Shown here piece by piece: positions 49,199-59,277 of a stretch of DNA of 64,000 bases. Position 1 is the stretch's first letter. Each line of letters starts with the position of its first letter. The DNA comes from Dehalococcoidia bacterium (GTDB lineage Bacteria; Chloroflexota; Dehalococcoidia; GIF9; UBA5629), in assembly GCA_050011565.1 (NCBI GenBank), contig JBEKIW010000001.1, positions 96,001 to 160,000 on the forward strand, written 5' to 3'. The notes under the pieces were generated by a model, which worked only from the letters and a program-made list of their open reading frames with translations, made no database searches and had not been told where the DNA came from. The position numbers were made by a program, and so were the translations under genes.

Positions 49199-50041
49199 AT
49201 GATAGACTCATTTGCTGTGAAACGGGTCGGCATTCTATATCATCCCAAAATTGAGAAAGCTAAGGCTTTCAGCGGTGAGCTTGAGAAGTTCTTAAGCGCT
49301 AGAAATATCTCGTTCTGGACATGCTCGGCATGGGAAGAGGACAAGGCAAAACCGAGGATAGCCGGGTCGGACTTAATTTTAAGTATTGGCGGCGACGGCA
49401 CCATTCTCAGGGCGGTACGTGCCATTGTGCCCGGTGAAGTACCGGTGGTGGGCATAAATCTGGGTAATCTGGGGTTTATGACTGAGCTTAAGGCTGATGA
49501 GGCTTTCGATAAGCTGCCCCGTCTGCTGGGTGGTGAAGGTTGGATTGAAAAAAGGGCCATGCTTGAAGCCGAATTGCCGTCTCAGGGTAAGGTTTTTCAG
49601 GCCTTGAATGACGTTTTTGTCGGCCGGAGGAGCCTGTCCCGGCTGGTCCAGATTGAGACCAGGGTTGACGGTGAAATTCTGGCCAATCACCGGGCGGATG
49701 GCGTTATAGTGGCCACGGCTACCGGTAGCACCGGCTATTTACTGGCGGCCGACGGGCCCATTCTTTATCCGGAGGCTAAGCAAATCGTGTTTAAGCCGGT
49801 TTGTCCTCACCTGGCGCCCGATAATGCAGTGGTTTTGCCGCCCGAGGCTCAAATTCAGTTGAAGGTAACTACAACCCATGAAGCTATGCTCAGCATTGAC
49901 GCCCAGGTGGAATTGCCGCTAGCCAGTGGAGACGAGGTTAGAGTTAAGCTTAGCCGTTATGTGGGGTGCTTCCTGAGGATTCGTCCCAGGGCTTATTTTT
50001 ACAGTTATCTGGAATCTAGACTTAAAGGAAAGAAATCATGA
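49199..50041 (+). CDS. nadK: NAD kinase
   Basis: GGDGT, GNLGF, ND, DG...ATATGSTGY; start approximate. Confidence 0.93.
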   Translation: MIDSFAVKRVGILYHPKIEKAKAFSGELEKFLSARNISFWTCSAWEEDKAKPRIAGSDLILSIGGDGTILRAVRAIVPGEVPVVGINLGNLGFMTELKADEAFDKLPRLLGGEGWIEKRAMLEAELPSQGKVFQALNDVFVGRRSLSRLVQIETRVDGEILANHRADGVIVATATGSTGYLLAADGPILYPEAKQIVFKPVCPHLAPDNAVVLPPEAQIQLKVTTTHEAMLSIDAQVELPLASGDEVRVKLSRYVGCFLRIRPRAYFYSYLESRLKGKKS

Positions 50042-50508
50042 AGGTAGAGAAAGCTAAAATAAATGACGCTCAGCGGATACATGAGTTGGTCAACAGTTTC
50101 GCCGACAAAGGCGAGATGCTGCCGCGGGCACTAAGCGAGATATACGAGAACCTGCGCGACTTCTTCGTCGTCAGAGATAAAAATAGTCAGCTAATCGGCT
50201 GTGTGGCGCTTCATATTAACTGGGCTGATTTAGCTGAAGTTAAGTCTTTAGCCGTAAGTGAAGATAAGCAGGCTAAGGGCTTGGGCTCAGTGCTTATTAA
50301 AGCTTGTCTTGATGAAGCCAAAGAGTTGGGGATTCCTACGGTATTTTGTCTCAGCTACAAGCCAGGTTTCTTCGAGAAATACAATTTCCGCAGGGTTGAT
50401 AAAATGGAACTGCCGCGCAAGGTATGGTCGGAATGCTACCGCTGTCCCAAGTTTCCGGATTGCGATGAGGTGGCCCTTATCTATAATTTTAAATCAGGTG
50501 TTATTTGA
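50038..50508 (+). CDS. GNAT N-acetyltransferase (short ArgA-like)
   Basis: MLPR.LSEIYENLRDF, AEVKSLAV, LP.KVWSEC..CPKF..CDE. Confidence 0.85.
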   Translation: MKVEKAKINDAQRIHELVNSFADKGEMLPRALSEIYENLRDFFVVRDKNSQLIGCVALHINWADLAEVKSLAVSEDKQAKGLGSVLIKACLDEAKELGIPTVFCLSYKPGFFEKYNFRRVDKMELPRKVWSECYRCPKFPDCDEVALIYNFKSGVI

Positions 50509-50594
50509 TGTAGAATTACTTTGAAGGTGGCTACACAAAGCTAAAGAGCAAAGAAGAAGGCGAATATGCCGTTGATTGTAAGGAGAAGACGAAA

Positions 50595-50984
50595 GTGAAT
50601 AAGACGAACGTCCCACTAGTAGCGCTAATAATTAGCCTGATTATGCTAGCTCAGCTTATTGGAGGAATCGGTTGTCTGGTCAGGAAATCTGAATCTGTGC
50701 CTCTTATTGACACAGCGCGCGAGGCTGTAAATGCCCGGATAAAATGGCTGGACGAGCAGAAATTTGAAGGACCTGATCCACTAGCTCCCCTCGAGGTCAA
50801 CGTAGACAACGTGGAGTCCGAGAAAAGCAGGATAGGCAGAGATGGTGATGTACATGCAGGTTTACCTGCAGGTATAGATATAGGTGGAGGTGGAGGTATA
50901 GGTATAGGTGCAGGTATAGATGGAGGTGGAGGTATAGGTGGTATAGGTGGAGGTGGAGGCGGAGGCTGAGGTTGTGGAGGTTAA
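50595..50984 (+). CDS. Gly-rich lipoprotein, candidate selenoprotein (UGA 50967-50969 read as Sec; otherwise ends at 50969)
   Basis: Signal peptide with lipobox-like GIGC; poly-Gly tail continues past UGA as G-C-G-G-TAA; SECIS-like hairpin follows. Confidence 0.65.
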
Positions 50985-51013
50985 CTGACCGTGCAGTCAG
51001 TACACTATCCTCA
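50967..51013 (+). promoter_or_regulatory. Putative bacterial SECIS element
   Basis: Upper stem ACTGAC/GTCAGT with loop CGTGCA 20 nt after UGA; lower pairing TGAGG/CCTCA includes the UGA. Confidence 0.55.
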
Positions 51014-51027
51014 AATGGAGGTCGAAA

Positions 51028-51765
51028 ATGAAGAAGCCAATTCTAAAGATTTTGTTAATATCGCTCATGCTACTTAGCATATCAACTGGCTGTGTGTCCA
51101 AAAAGGCTATCACGGACGAGTTTGTTGATTGTTTGCTAAAGACGAATGCCGGCACTGTAGACAAGGTAGATTCGGATTTACAGATTATAGACCAGAATCT
51201 GTATATTACTGAAGAGAAGTTATTGAAACTGGAGCAAGTGATGGTTCCGGCGCTAGAATGGATAGAGAATCAGAAGGTCAAGTTGCTCGAGGAGCATAAG
51301 TATGGTTCATGGCATAGTCGGGTGACACCGGAAAGTTTATCTGAATTCAAAAATGACCAGTACGAGGTAACGGCACTGGAACTTTTTGTCCATGGAATCG
51401 GTACTCCAAATCAGGAGTTCGACACCGTAATTAAGGTTACGGATTTATCCACAAAAATACAGAGCGATCAGGAAACGATTGAGAATGAACTTAAATGGCG
51501 GAAGTCAACTCTTGAGCAACAGAGGCAGGTAGAATTAGAAGAGGGACACCTATCCACGTCAACCCTCCTAAGTGTCATTGAGCACTCGGGGGACTGGGAG
51601 ATACGGGAGATTAACAGCACCACTTACAGCATCAGCGGTCCTGGTTTAGGAATGGACGGAAAACTTACTACAGGTAAGTGGACCTACGACAGAACCTCGA
51701 AAGAAATTATACCCGCCGATACCCAGAGTGCGGCGCTACAGGACGTACTCTCGGGTGGATTGTAG
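51028..51765 (+). CDS. Hypothetical lipoprotein
   Basis: MKK + hydrophobic stretch + ISTGC lipobox; SD GGAGG; coiled-coil-like segments. Confidence 0.75.
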   Translation: MKKPILKILLISLMLLSISTGCVSKKAITDEFVDCLLKTNAGTVDKVDSDLQIIDQNLYITEEKLLKLEQVMVPALEWIENQKVKLLEEHKYGSWHSRVTPESLSEFKNDQYEVTALELFVHGIGTPNQEFDTVIKVTDLSTKIQSDQETIENELKWRKSTLEQQRQVELEEGHLSTSTLLSVIEHSGDWEIREINSTTYSISGPGLGMDGKLTTGKWTYDRTSKEIIPADTQSAALQDVLSGGL

Positions 51766-51893
51766 TTCCTGGCAATCTCTTTAAGACGATGATGCAAACA
51801 ATTAATGAACCCTATTCGACAAGTCTATCTGAAGATATCATGAGAGATACGGCAGCATAGCCTGCGTTATATGCTTAAGAGGTGCGAGGCGAT

Positions 51894-52427
51894 ATGGAGA
51901 AGACTTTAACAAGTCAGCGGATTTATGAAGGTCAGGCGGTGAAACTGAGGGTCGATACGGTACGGAAACCCAGCGGCAAGATAACCACCAGGGAAATTGT
52001 GGAGCACAGCGATGCTGTGGCGGTAGTGGTTCTGGACTCTAGGGACAGAGTTATTCTGGTCCGTCAGTATCGCAAAGCCGTGGGCAAGACGCTCTTAGAA
52101 ATCCCCGCCGGCGGCGTCGATCCCGGTGAGCAACCTATCGGCAGTGTCCGCCGTGAGTTACAGGAAGAGATAGGTTATTTGCCCAATAAGATAGATAAAC
52201 TCGGAGGATTCTATTCAGCTCCCGGATATTGCACAGAATATCTGCACCTGTATCTGGCTACATACCTTATACCCAGCCGGCTCGAGGCTGAGGACACCGA
52301 TGAGATTGAGGTCGTTAGAGTGCCACTGGCCAAAATATCTGATCTTATTGCCTCAGGTGAAATTGCCGATGCCAAGAGCGTTGCCGGCTTACTTAGAGTT
52401 ATGTCACTAGGACTGAAAGGCAGCTAG
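51894..52427 (+). CDS. Nudix ADP-ribose pyrophosphatase (NudF-like)
   Basis: REIVEH, RQYR, EIPAG...RRELQEEIG, FYSAPG, DAKS. Confidence 0.9.
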   Translation: MEKTLTSQRIYEGQAVKLRVDTVRKPSGKITTREIVEHSDAVAVVVLDSRDRVILVRQYRKAVGKTLLEIPAGGVDPGEQPIGSVRRELQEEIGYLPNKIDKLGGFYSAPGYCTEYLHLYLATYLIPSRLEAEDTDEIEVVRVPLAKISDLIASGEIADAKSVAGLLRVMSLGLKGS

Positions 52428-52436
52428 CTGCGAAAG

Positions 52437-52994
52437 TTACGCCTTAATCTGATACTTTGCCTTGCCCTGCTCGTATAAGTCGCTGCCATAGATATCGTTA
52501 ATGACAGTGGCTGGGAAGTTTTCTATCTCCAGCCGGCGTATGGCTTCGGCACCCAAATCTTCGTAGGCTATTACCTCTGCCTTCTTGATGCTCTTGGAAA
52601 TGAGTGCTCCAGCCCCACCGATAGCAGCAAAGTACACTGCTTTATATTTTTTAAGGGCATCTTTCACCGCTGGTGACCGGTTACCTTTGCCTATCATTCC
52701 TTTGAGGCCGGCAGCCATAAGACGAGGAGCATAGCTGTCCATCCGGCCGCTGGTTGTCGGTCCCGCCGAGCCGATGACCTGCCCCGGTTTAGCTGGAGAC
52801 GGACCCATATAGTAAACCGTCTGATTGGTGAGGTCAACGGGCAGCTTTTCGCCCTTATCCAGAGTTTCAACCAGGCGTTTGTGGGCGGTGTCTCGGGCCG
52901 TATAAATCACACCCGTAATGAACACCTGGTCGCCGGCTTTCAATTTCTTGACGGTTTCTTCATCAAGCGGCGTTTTTATATTTATAGTTGCCAT
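52437..52994 (-). CDS. Class I fumarate hydratase, beta subunit
   Basis: TARDTAHKR, GPTTSGRMD, MIGKG. Confidence 0.92.
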   Translation of the reverse strand: MATINIKTPLDEETVKKLKAGDQVFITGVIYTARDTAHKRLVETLDKGEKLPVDLTNQTVYYMGPSPAKPGQVIGSAGPTTSGRMDSYAPRLMAAGLKGMIGKGNRSPAVKDALKKYKAVYFAAIGGAGALISKSIKKAEVIAYEDLGAEAIRRLEIENFPATVINDIYGSDLYEQGKAKYQIKA

Positions 52995-53020
52995 TATTAC
53001 TCCTCCGTAGCCATGTTCGC

Positions 53021-53848
53021 TTAGCCCTGTTTCACGGTGAATTCAGGGAAAGGAAGCTTGGGTTTAGCCTGTGCAGATGGCCGCACCGTAGAAGCGGGCG
53101 GCTCCTTTTTACCAAGTCCTAAAGTCCGGGACATCACACGCCTTTTAAGCAGTTGAATAGCCAGAGCCGGGTCTACTCCTTTGGGGCAGGATTCTGAGCA
53201 GGCGCCGGCGAGGTGGCAGTGCCACACACCATGGTCGGTGCCCACCACCGGGAATCTTTCGAGTTCACCGGCATCACGGTTGTCTGCACAGTAGCGATAA
53301 CACTGAGCCAGTGCCTGAGGGCCGTGAAACAGCTTGTCGCTGGCTGAAGTCGGGCAGGCCGAGACACATATACCGCACTTAATGCAGTAGGTGAACTGCA
53401 GGAAGCTCTCTAATGTCTGGTGTGACTGGCCAAATTCAGCAGTAGGATTTTCCATTTCATTAGAATCATTGCGGAGCATGTAAGGCTTAACAGATTTGTG
53501 GATTTCGAAGAACGGAATCAAATCAACCACCAGGTCTTTGATTATGGGGAAGTTTGGTAACGGCTTAATGGTTAATCTGTTCGAATGGAACTCTTCTATC
53601 TGAGTGTGGCAGGCTAGGTGAGGATAGTTGTTGATAAGCATGCCGCACGAGCCGCATATTGCCATACGGCAGGAGGTGCGGAAGGCGATGGTGCTGTCCA
53701 GGTTTTCTTTTATGTAAATGAGACCGTCGAGCACCGTCAGGCCTCTACTGGACGGCACTGTGAATTCTTGAAAATGGGGATTGCTGCCCTTTTCCGGGTC
53801 GTATCTCCGGACTCTGAATGTTATCTGCTCAGTTTTTTGTGTATCCAC
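53021..53848 (-). CDS. sdhB: Succinate dehydrogenase/fumarate reductase Fe-S subunit
   Basis: SCRMAICGSC...C, CIKCGICVSACP, CHLAGACSESCP; start GTG 53848. Confidence 0.93.
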   Translation of the reverse strand: MDTQKTEQITFRVRRYDPEKGSNPHFQEFTVPSSRGLTVLDGLIYIKENLDSTIAFRTSCRMAICGSCGMLINNYPHLACHTQIEEFHSNRLTIKPLPNFPIIKDLVVDLIPFFEIHKSVKPYMLRNDSNEMENPTAEFGQSHQTLESFLQFTYCIKCGICVSACPTSASDKLFHGPQALAQCYRYCADNRDAGELERFPVVGTDHGVWHCHLAGACSESCPKGVDPALAIQLLKRRVMSRTLGLGKKEPPASTVRPSAQAKPKLPFPEFTVKQG

Positions 53849-53856
53849 AATATCTC

Positions 53857-54222
53857 CTATCGGGACAGCAGGGCGATCGGCACATAGCTGGCCCAGACAA
53901 ATATGATTATGCCAAAAGCCAGGATAGCCCAAGTCACCACACGTTCAGTCCTGGCCGACGGTGTCAATTCGAGTATAACGTTGCGCAGCCCGTTGAGGGC
54001 GTGATACAGGACAACCGCCAGTAAAGCTATATATATGCCGGCCCATATGACCTGGCGGGACCTTTCTATCATGGAATTCCACGAAGCCGGGTCATTTAAA
54101 TTGACGCCGAAAAAGCGGAGGATATCTTCGAGGTGCTGCATAACCATGTGTATGCCAAGTAACACTGCTATCAGAACGCCGGTGACCAGTTGCATCAACC
54201 ACAGGTAGGTATAGCGCCGCAT
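53857..54222 (-). CDS. sdhD: Succinate dehydrogenase membrane anchor
   Basis: QLVTG..IH, YHALNGLR; three TM segments. Confidence 0.8.
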   Translation of the reverse strand: MRRYTYLWLMQLVTGVLIAVLLGIHMVMQHLEDILRFFGVNLNDPASWNSMIERSRQVIWAGIYIALLAVVLYHALNGLRNVILELTPSARTERVVTWAILAFGIIIFVWASYVPIALLSR

Positions 54223-54665
54223 TACCAGCCTCCCACGATGAAGTCATAAAAGAACATCAGGCACAGGACTATGATTATGCCGATAATTGCCATTGTCCAG
54301 GAACGCTTTTTACGCAGCGAATCACTATAGGGATAAATCGGCGGAATCGGCTTTGCCATCAGAAAACCGAGTTCTTGCAAGATGAGGCGCAGGCCGTTTA
54401 ACGCATGAAAGGAGAAGGCGACAGCCACCAGATATTCGCCGGTTTTAAACAACGGATTGCTAAGAAATCTCATGGCGGTCTCCCACACTGCCTGACCTTG
54501 AATCCGGAAAAAGGTGGTCACAATCAGATGGACAAGCAGGAAGAGCAGGATTCCCAGGCCGGTGACGCGGTGCAATATATAGAGGTAACGTTCCAGCTTA
54601 TAGTTGCCAGCCCAAACCCAGCCACCGGCTCCCAGGTAGTTTGGTCGCGGCCGTATCTGTCTCAT
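54222..54665 (-). CDS. sdhC: Succinate dehydrogenase cytochrome b subunit
   Basis: LHRVTG..VH, FHALNGLR. Confidence 0.85.
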   Translation of the reverse strand: MRQIRPRPNYLGAGGWVWAGNYKLERYLYILHRVTGLGILLFLLVHLIVTTFFRIQGQAVWETAMRFLSNPLFKTGEYLVAVAFSFHALNGLRLILQELGFLMAKPIPPIYPYSDSLRKKRSWTMAIIGIIIVLCLMFFYDFIVGGW

Positions 54666-54675
54666 AGTTAGCTTC

Positions 54676-56385
54676 CTAATATTTCCTTTCTACCGGTCGC
54701 CACATGGTGATATTTACCGGAATGTAGTCCAGCCGTGGCCCTTTTGGCGTGTAATGAGCCAGGGTGTGTTTGAGCCAGTCGACATCGTCACGCTTGGGAA
54801 AATCTCTTCGGGAGTGAGCCCCGCGGGACTCATTGCGGGCTATAGCTCCGGTGACGATGATTTCAGCCAGATCAAGCAGGTTATCGACTTCCAGACAACT
54901 GAGCAGGTCGGTGTTATATATGTGTCCGTGGTCTTCGACCTTTACACCCGGCAGACGCTGCTTTAGTTCCTGGATCTTGTCAAGTGCTGTTTTCAAACCT
55001 GACCCGGTACGGAAGACGCCTACCTGACTGTCCATTGTCTTCTGCAGCTCCTTGCGCAAAGCATAGGCACTTTCCCGTCCTTTAGGGCTGAATCTGTTGA
55101 AGACTCTAGCCTCCTCGTCTTTCAATCTTGTTTCTTTTGGCGGTGGAGGCATGACTTTTTGCCTGGAAGCATATTTAGTGGCTTCATCTCCGGTTATCTT
55201 GCCCCAGACGAGGCATTCGGCGGTGGAGTTGGAACCGAGGCGGTTGGCGCCGTGTAGTGAGACACAGGCCGCTTCTCCGGCTGCCCAGATGCCTTCCACC
55301 GGTGTGGCTCCTTTAATGTCGGTATGGACGCCGCCCATGAAATAGTGAGCCGCGGCTCGAACAGGTATCGGCTCGAAAATAGGGTCGATGAAGTTGAATT
55401 TCATGGCGACCTCTCGAATCATGGGCAGACGGTCGTTGATTTTAGCAGCGCCCAGATGACGCAGGTCGATGTGAACATAGTCGAGGCCTTGGGGGCCAGA
55501 AAATCCCCTGCCTTCCTCTATTTCAGTCATCTCCGAACGCGACACGATATCTCGAGGAGCTACTTCCATCTTGGATGGAGCGTATTTTTCCATAAATCTT
55601 TCGCCTTTGTTATTGAGCAGGTAGCCGCCTTCGCCTCGTGCCGCTTCTGTAATCAATATTCCCGAGGGTACCAGTCCGGTAGGATGGAACTGGACGAATT
55701 CCAGGTCCTTGATGGGCAGTCCGGCGCGGTAAGCCATAGCTAAACCATCGCCTGTGGCAGTCAGTGAATAGGTGGTGAACCCGAACATGCGGCAGGCGCC
55801 GCCGGTGGCTATGATTAGAGCTTTGCCTTGCATTAAGAAGAACTCGCCGCTGGTCAGGTCCCAGGCGGTTAAGCCGCAGAATACGTTGTCTTTTATTATT
55901 ATGGAACTGACGTAGCATTCGTCATATCTACTTATATTGTCATATCTCTGCAACGTGTCGTAAAGGGCCTGCATTTCGGCGAAGCCCGTCTTATCGGCAG
56001 CGAACACGGCGCGGTCATAGGAATGGCCGCCGAATGGTCGTTGCGCTATACGTCCGTCCGGGCGGCGCGACCAGGGTATACCCCAATGCTCCAGCAGGAG
56101 TATTTCTTTAGGCGCTTCTTCAACGAAGCGCTTCACTACGTCCTGGTCGCAGAGGAAGTCGGCGCCGCGTACCGTGTCCCAGGCATGTAATTCGAAACTA
56201 TCTCCTTCTTCCGGCTGCATGACTGCCGCAGTGCCACCCTCGGCGCAGACTGAATGGGAACGCATCAACTGGACCTTGGAGATGATGGCAACATCTAGGT
56301 CCGGATTTCGGGCAGCTTCGATGGCAGCACGCAGTCCGGCAAGTCCTGAGCCCAGAACTATAACATCGTGTTTTCTCCCCGTCAC
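54676..56385 (-). CDS. sdhA: Succinate dehydrogenase/fumarate reductase flavoprotein
   Basis: GSGLAG, RSHSVCAEGG, QFHPT, HGANRLGSNS. Confidence 0.95.
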   Translation of the reverse strand: MTGRKHDVIVLGSGLAGLRAAIEAARNPDLDVAIISKVQLMRSHSVCAEGGTAAVMQPEEGDSFELHAWDTVRGADFLCDQDVVKRFVEEAPKEILLLEHWGIPWSRRPDGRIAQRPFGGHSYDRAVFAADKTGFAEMQALYDTLQRYDNISRYDECYVSSIIIKDNVFCGLTAWDLTSGEFFLMQGKALIIATGGACRMFGFTTYSLTATGDGLAMAYRAGLPIKDLEFVQFHPTGLVPSGILITEAARGEGGYLLNNKGERFMEKYAPSKMEVAPRDIVSRSEMTEIEEGRGFSGPQGLDYVHIDLRHLGAAKINDRLPMIREVAMKFNFIDPIFEPIPVRAAAHYFMGGVHTDIKGATPVEGIWAAGEAACVSLHGANRLGSNSTAECLVWGKITGDEATKYASRQKVMPPPPKETRLKDEEARVFNRFSPKGRESAYALRKELQKTMDSQVGVFRTGSGLKTALDKIQELKQRLPGVKVEDHGHIYNTDLLSCLEVDNLLDLAEIIVTGAIARNESRGAHSRRDFPKRDDVDWLKHTLAHYTPKGPRLDYIPVNITMWRPVERKY

Positions 56386-57227
56386 AATATCGACTCCTTA
56401 TGACGGGCGCACCAGCATTGAATATTGACGGCAACCGGCATGCTGGCGATATGGGCCGGAAAGACTTCAGCATGGACGGCCAGTGCGGTGGTCCGGCCGC
56501 CGTAACCCATCGGCCCTATACCCAGGTTGTTGACGCGTTTCAGGATTTCTTTCTCCAACTCGGCAACCTCGGGGTCGGGATTCGGTTCGCCGACTTTACG
56601 CAGTAGCGCTTTCTTGGCCATGGCCATAGTTTTATCTGTAGTTCCGCCTATGCCCAGGCCGATAATGATTGGCGGACATGGGTTGCTGCCCGACTCTTCG
56701 ACAAGATTGACCACAAAATCTATAATTCCCTGACGCCCTTTGGCTGGAGGCATCACAGTCAGGCGAGAGCAGTTTTCCGAGCCGCCTCCTTTGGGCAGCA
56801 CACTGATTTTGAGTTTATCGCCGGGTACAATATCGGTGTGGATGATTGCCGGCGTATTATCTTTGGTGTTGACGCGGGCGGAGAATGGCTGACGGACCAT
56901 GGATTTGCGCAGATAGCCTTTCTCGTATCCCTGACGGACTCCCTCATTTATACAGTCATAAAGTTCACCGCCGTTTATATGGACTTCCTGCCCTAGCTCC
57001 AGCATGACCACCGCGGCGCCGGTATCCTGACATAGAGGAATTTTTTCCCGCTTAGATACTTCTGTGTTTTCGATAATCTTATCCAGCACATCCCTGGCCA
57101 CCGGAGACTCTTCCTTTTCTCTGGCCTGCTTAATAGCAACCAGCACATCTTCCGGTAGATAAAGGCAACCTTCCTGGAAGAGACTGGATACGGTTTCGGT
57201 TATCTGTTTGCAGTCGATATCCCGCAT
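56382..57227 (-). CDS. Class I fumarate hydratase, alpha subunit
   Basis: PLCQDTG, KGGGSEN, NPCPP, CWCARH. Confidence 0.92.
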   Translation of the reverse strand: MRDIDCKQITETVSSLFQEGCLYLPEDVLVAIKQAREKEESPVARDVLDKIIENTEVSKREKIPLCQDTGAAVVMLELGQEVHINGGELYDCINEGVRQGYEKGYLRKSMVRQPFSARVNTKDNTPAIIHTDIVPGDKLKISVLPKGGGSENCSRLTVMPPAKGRQGIIDFVVNLVEESGSNPCPPIIIGLGIGGTTDKTMAMAKKALLRKVGEPNPDPEVAELEKEILKRVNNLGIGPMGYGGRTTALAVHAEVFPAHIASMPVAVNIQCWCARHKESIL

Positions 57228-57234
57228 TGGACAA

Positions 57235-58164
57235 TTACTCCAACTTCATTATTTTGATAAGCTCCCGTACGGCTTCGGCTGATTTCTTGAGTGCCGAACT
57301 TTCCTCTGCAGTCAGCTTTAATTCGATTACCTGCTCCATGCCGTTTTTACCTATCTTGGCTGGCACGCCGACTACTACGCCTTTTATACCGTATTCGCCT
57401 TCGAGGCGAACGGCGCAGGGTAAGATTCTCTTCTTGTCCAGTAGTATGGATTCCACCATTTGAGCCGTAGCCGCCGCCGGTGCATAAAAAGCGCTTCCCG
57501 TCTTTAGCAGGGCAACTATTTCCCCTCCGCCTTTTACCGTTCGCTCCACGATTTTGTTTACGGTCTCCTGGGGTAAAAGCTCGGTTATGGGTATGCCGCC
57601 GACAGTGGTCAATCTGGGGATGGCAACCATGGTGTCACCATGCCCGCCGAGAACACAGGCATTAACATCTTCGACTGAGACATTGAGTTCCCGGGCGATA
57701 AAAGTTCTGAATCTGGAAGAATCTAAAATGCCTGATTGGCCGATTACACGTTTTCGGGGGAATTTACTTACGGCAAGTGCCAGCTGGGTCATGGCATCCA
57801 GCGGATTAGCTACCATGATAAGTATGCTCTTGGGCGAGTATTTGACCACCTGCTCGGTGACCGATTTCACAATATTCATATTTGTCAATACCAGGTCATC
57901 GCGGCTCATGCCCGGCTTTCTAGGCACACCGGAGGTGATGGCTACGATGTCGGAATTGGCGGTCTCCTCATAGGAATTAGTTCCGATGACGCTGGCATCC
58001 GAACGCGTAATCGGGCCGGTCTGCAGCATGTCCAATCCTTTGCCCTGAGGCAAGCCTTCAACGATGTCCACAAGCACTACATCGGCGTATCCCCATTCGG
58101 CGATTCGCTGTGCCAGCGTGGCTCCTACGTTTCCTGCACCGATAACACTAACCTTACTTCGCAT
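57235..58164 (-). CDS. mdh: Malate dehydrogenase
   Basis: [27 protein letters not shown]. Confidence 0.95.
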   Translation of the reverse strand: MRSKVSVIGAGNVGATLAQRIAEWGYADVVLVDIVEGLPQGKGLDMLQTGPITRSDASVIGTNSYEETANSDIVAITSGVPRKPGMSRDDLVLTNMNIVKSVTEQVVKYSPKSILIMVANPLDAMTQLALAVSKFPRKRVIGQSGILDSSRFRTFIARELNVSVEDVNACVLGGHGDTMVAIPRLTTVGGIPITELLPQETVNKIVERTVKGGGEIVALLKTGSAFYAPAAATAQMVESILLDKKRILPCAVRLEGEYGIKGVVVGVPAKIGKNGMEQVIELKLTAEESSALKKSAEAVRELIKIMKLE

Positions 58165-58165
58165 T

Positions 58166-59254
58166 TCAGCCTCCTTGCCTTTTCAATTTTTTAATCACGG
58201 CATCAGCGACTTCTAAGGTCGTTGCTGCAAGTTGATTCCGGTCAGTTTTTAAGTCGTAGGTTACGCTCTTGCCTTCAGCAATGACACCAGCTATAGCTTT
58301 TTCCAGACTGTTTGCGGCTTTAATTTCACCGAGGTGGCGCAGCATCATAGTCGCAGAGAGCATCATGGCCATGGGATTAACTCTATTCTGTCCGGCGTAT
58401 TTTGGAGCACTGCCATGCGTGGGCTCAAAAACCGCTATATTATCACCTATGTTAGCCCCTGGTGCAACCCCCAATCCGCCAACTAATCCGGCACACAGGT
58501 CGGATACGATATCTCCGTAGAGATTAGGCAGTACGATAACATCGTATTGTTGTGGATTCCGGACAAGGCGCATGCATAGTGCATCTATAACTACGTCTTC
58601 GAACTCTATAGATGGATATTCCTTAGCCACCTCGCGGGCGGCGTCCAGAAAGATGCCGTCGGAGAACTTAAGTATGTTAGCTTTGTGAGCAGCGGTGACC
58701 TTTTTTCTATTATTAGCGCGAGCGTATTCAAAGGCAAACCTAATGATACGCCGGGAGGCTTTTTCCGAAATCACCTTTATGCTGAAGCCGGAATCTTCTT
58801 TAACTTTTATCTGTGTAGTCTCGAGAATAAACCTTGTTAGGGAGGCACTTCCCAGGGTATCTCTGGCAAATTCAATGCCGCTGTAAAGGTCTTCCGTATT
58901 CTCGCGAACTATTACGATATCTACGTTTTTAAAAGGCGTAGGCGCGCCCTGGTAGGTTTTGCACGGGCGGAGGCAGGCATAGAGGTCTAAACGCTGGCGC
59001 AATGCCACGTTTACGCTTCTGAAGCCGGTGCCTATCGGTGTGGTCACCGGACCTTTTAGAGCTACCTTATTCTTTCTAATAGATTCGAGAACAGAATCGG
59101 GTAAAGGCGTGCCGAATTTGTCCTCAGCTTTTTGACCGACTATCCCAACATCCCACTCGAATTTGACACCGGTGGCTTCTAATGCACGCTTAGTCGCCTC
59201 GATAATCTCAGGGCCGATTCCATCGCCGGGGATAAGAGTTACTCTATAAGGCAT
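58166..59254 (-). CDS. Isocitrate/isopropylmalate dehydrogenase family (likely isocitrate dehydrogenase)
   Basis: [40 protein letters not shown]. Confidence 0.88.
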   Translation of the reverse strand: MPYRVTLIPGDGIGPEIIEATKRALEATGVKFEWDVGIVGQKAEDKFGTPLPDSVLESIRKNKVALKGPVTTPIGTGFRSVNVALRQRLDLYACLRPCKTYQGAPTPFKNVDIVIVRENTEDLYSGIEFARDTLGSASLTRFILETTQIKVKEDSGFSIKVISEKASRRIIRFAFEYARANNRKKVTAAHKANILKFSDGIFLDAAREVAKEYPSIEFEDVVIDALCMRLVRNPQQYDVIVLPNLYGDIVSDLCAGLVGGLGVAPGANIGDNIAVFEPTHGSAPKYAGQNRVNPMAMMLSATMMLRHLGEIKAANSLEKAIAGVIAEGKSVTYDLKTDRNQLAATTLEVADAVIKKLKRQGG

Positions 59255-59277
59255 AATATTTTTCGTCTTCAGACAGG

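Noticed and set aside
50868-50966. GGT/GGA/ATA low-complexity tract as a CRISPR array or non-coding VNTR
   Set aside because: It is in-frame Gly/Ile coding sequence. No repeat-spacer array was seen anywhere in the window.
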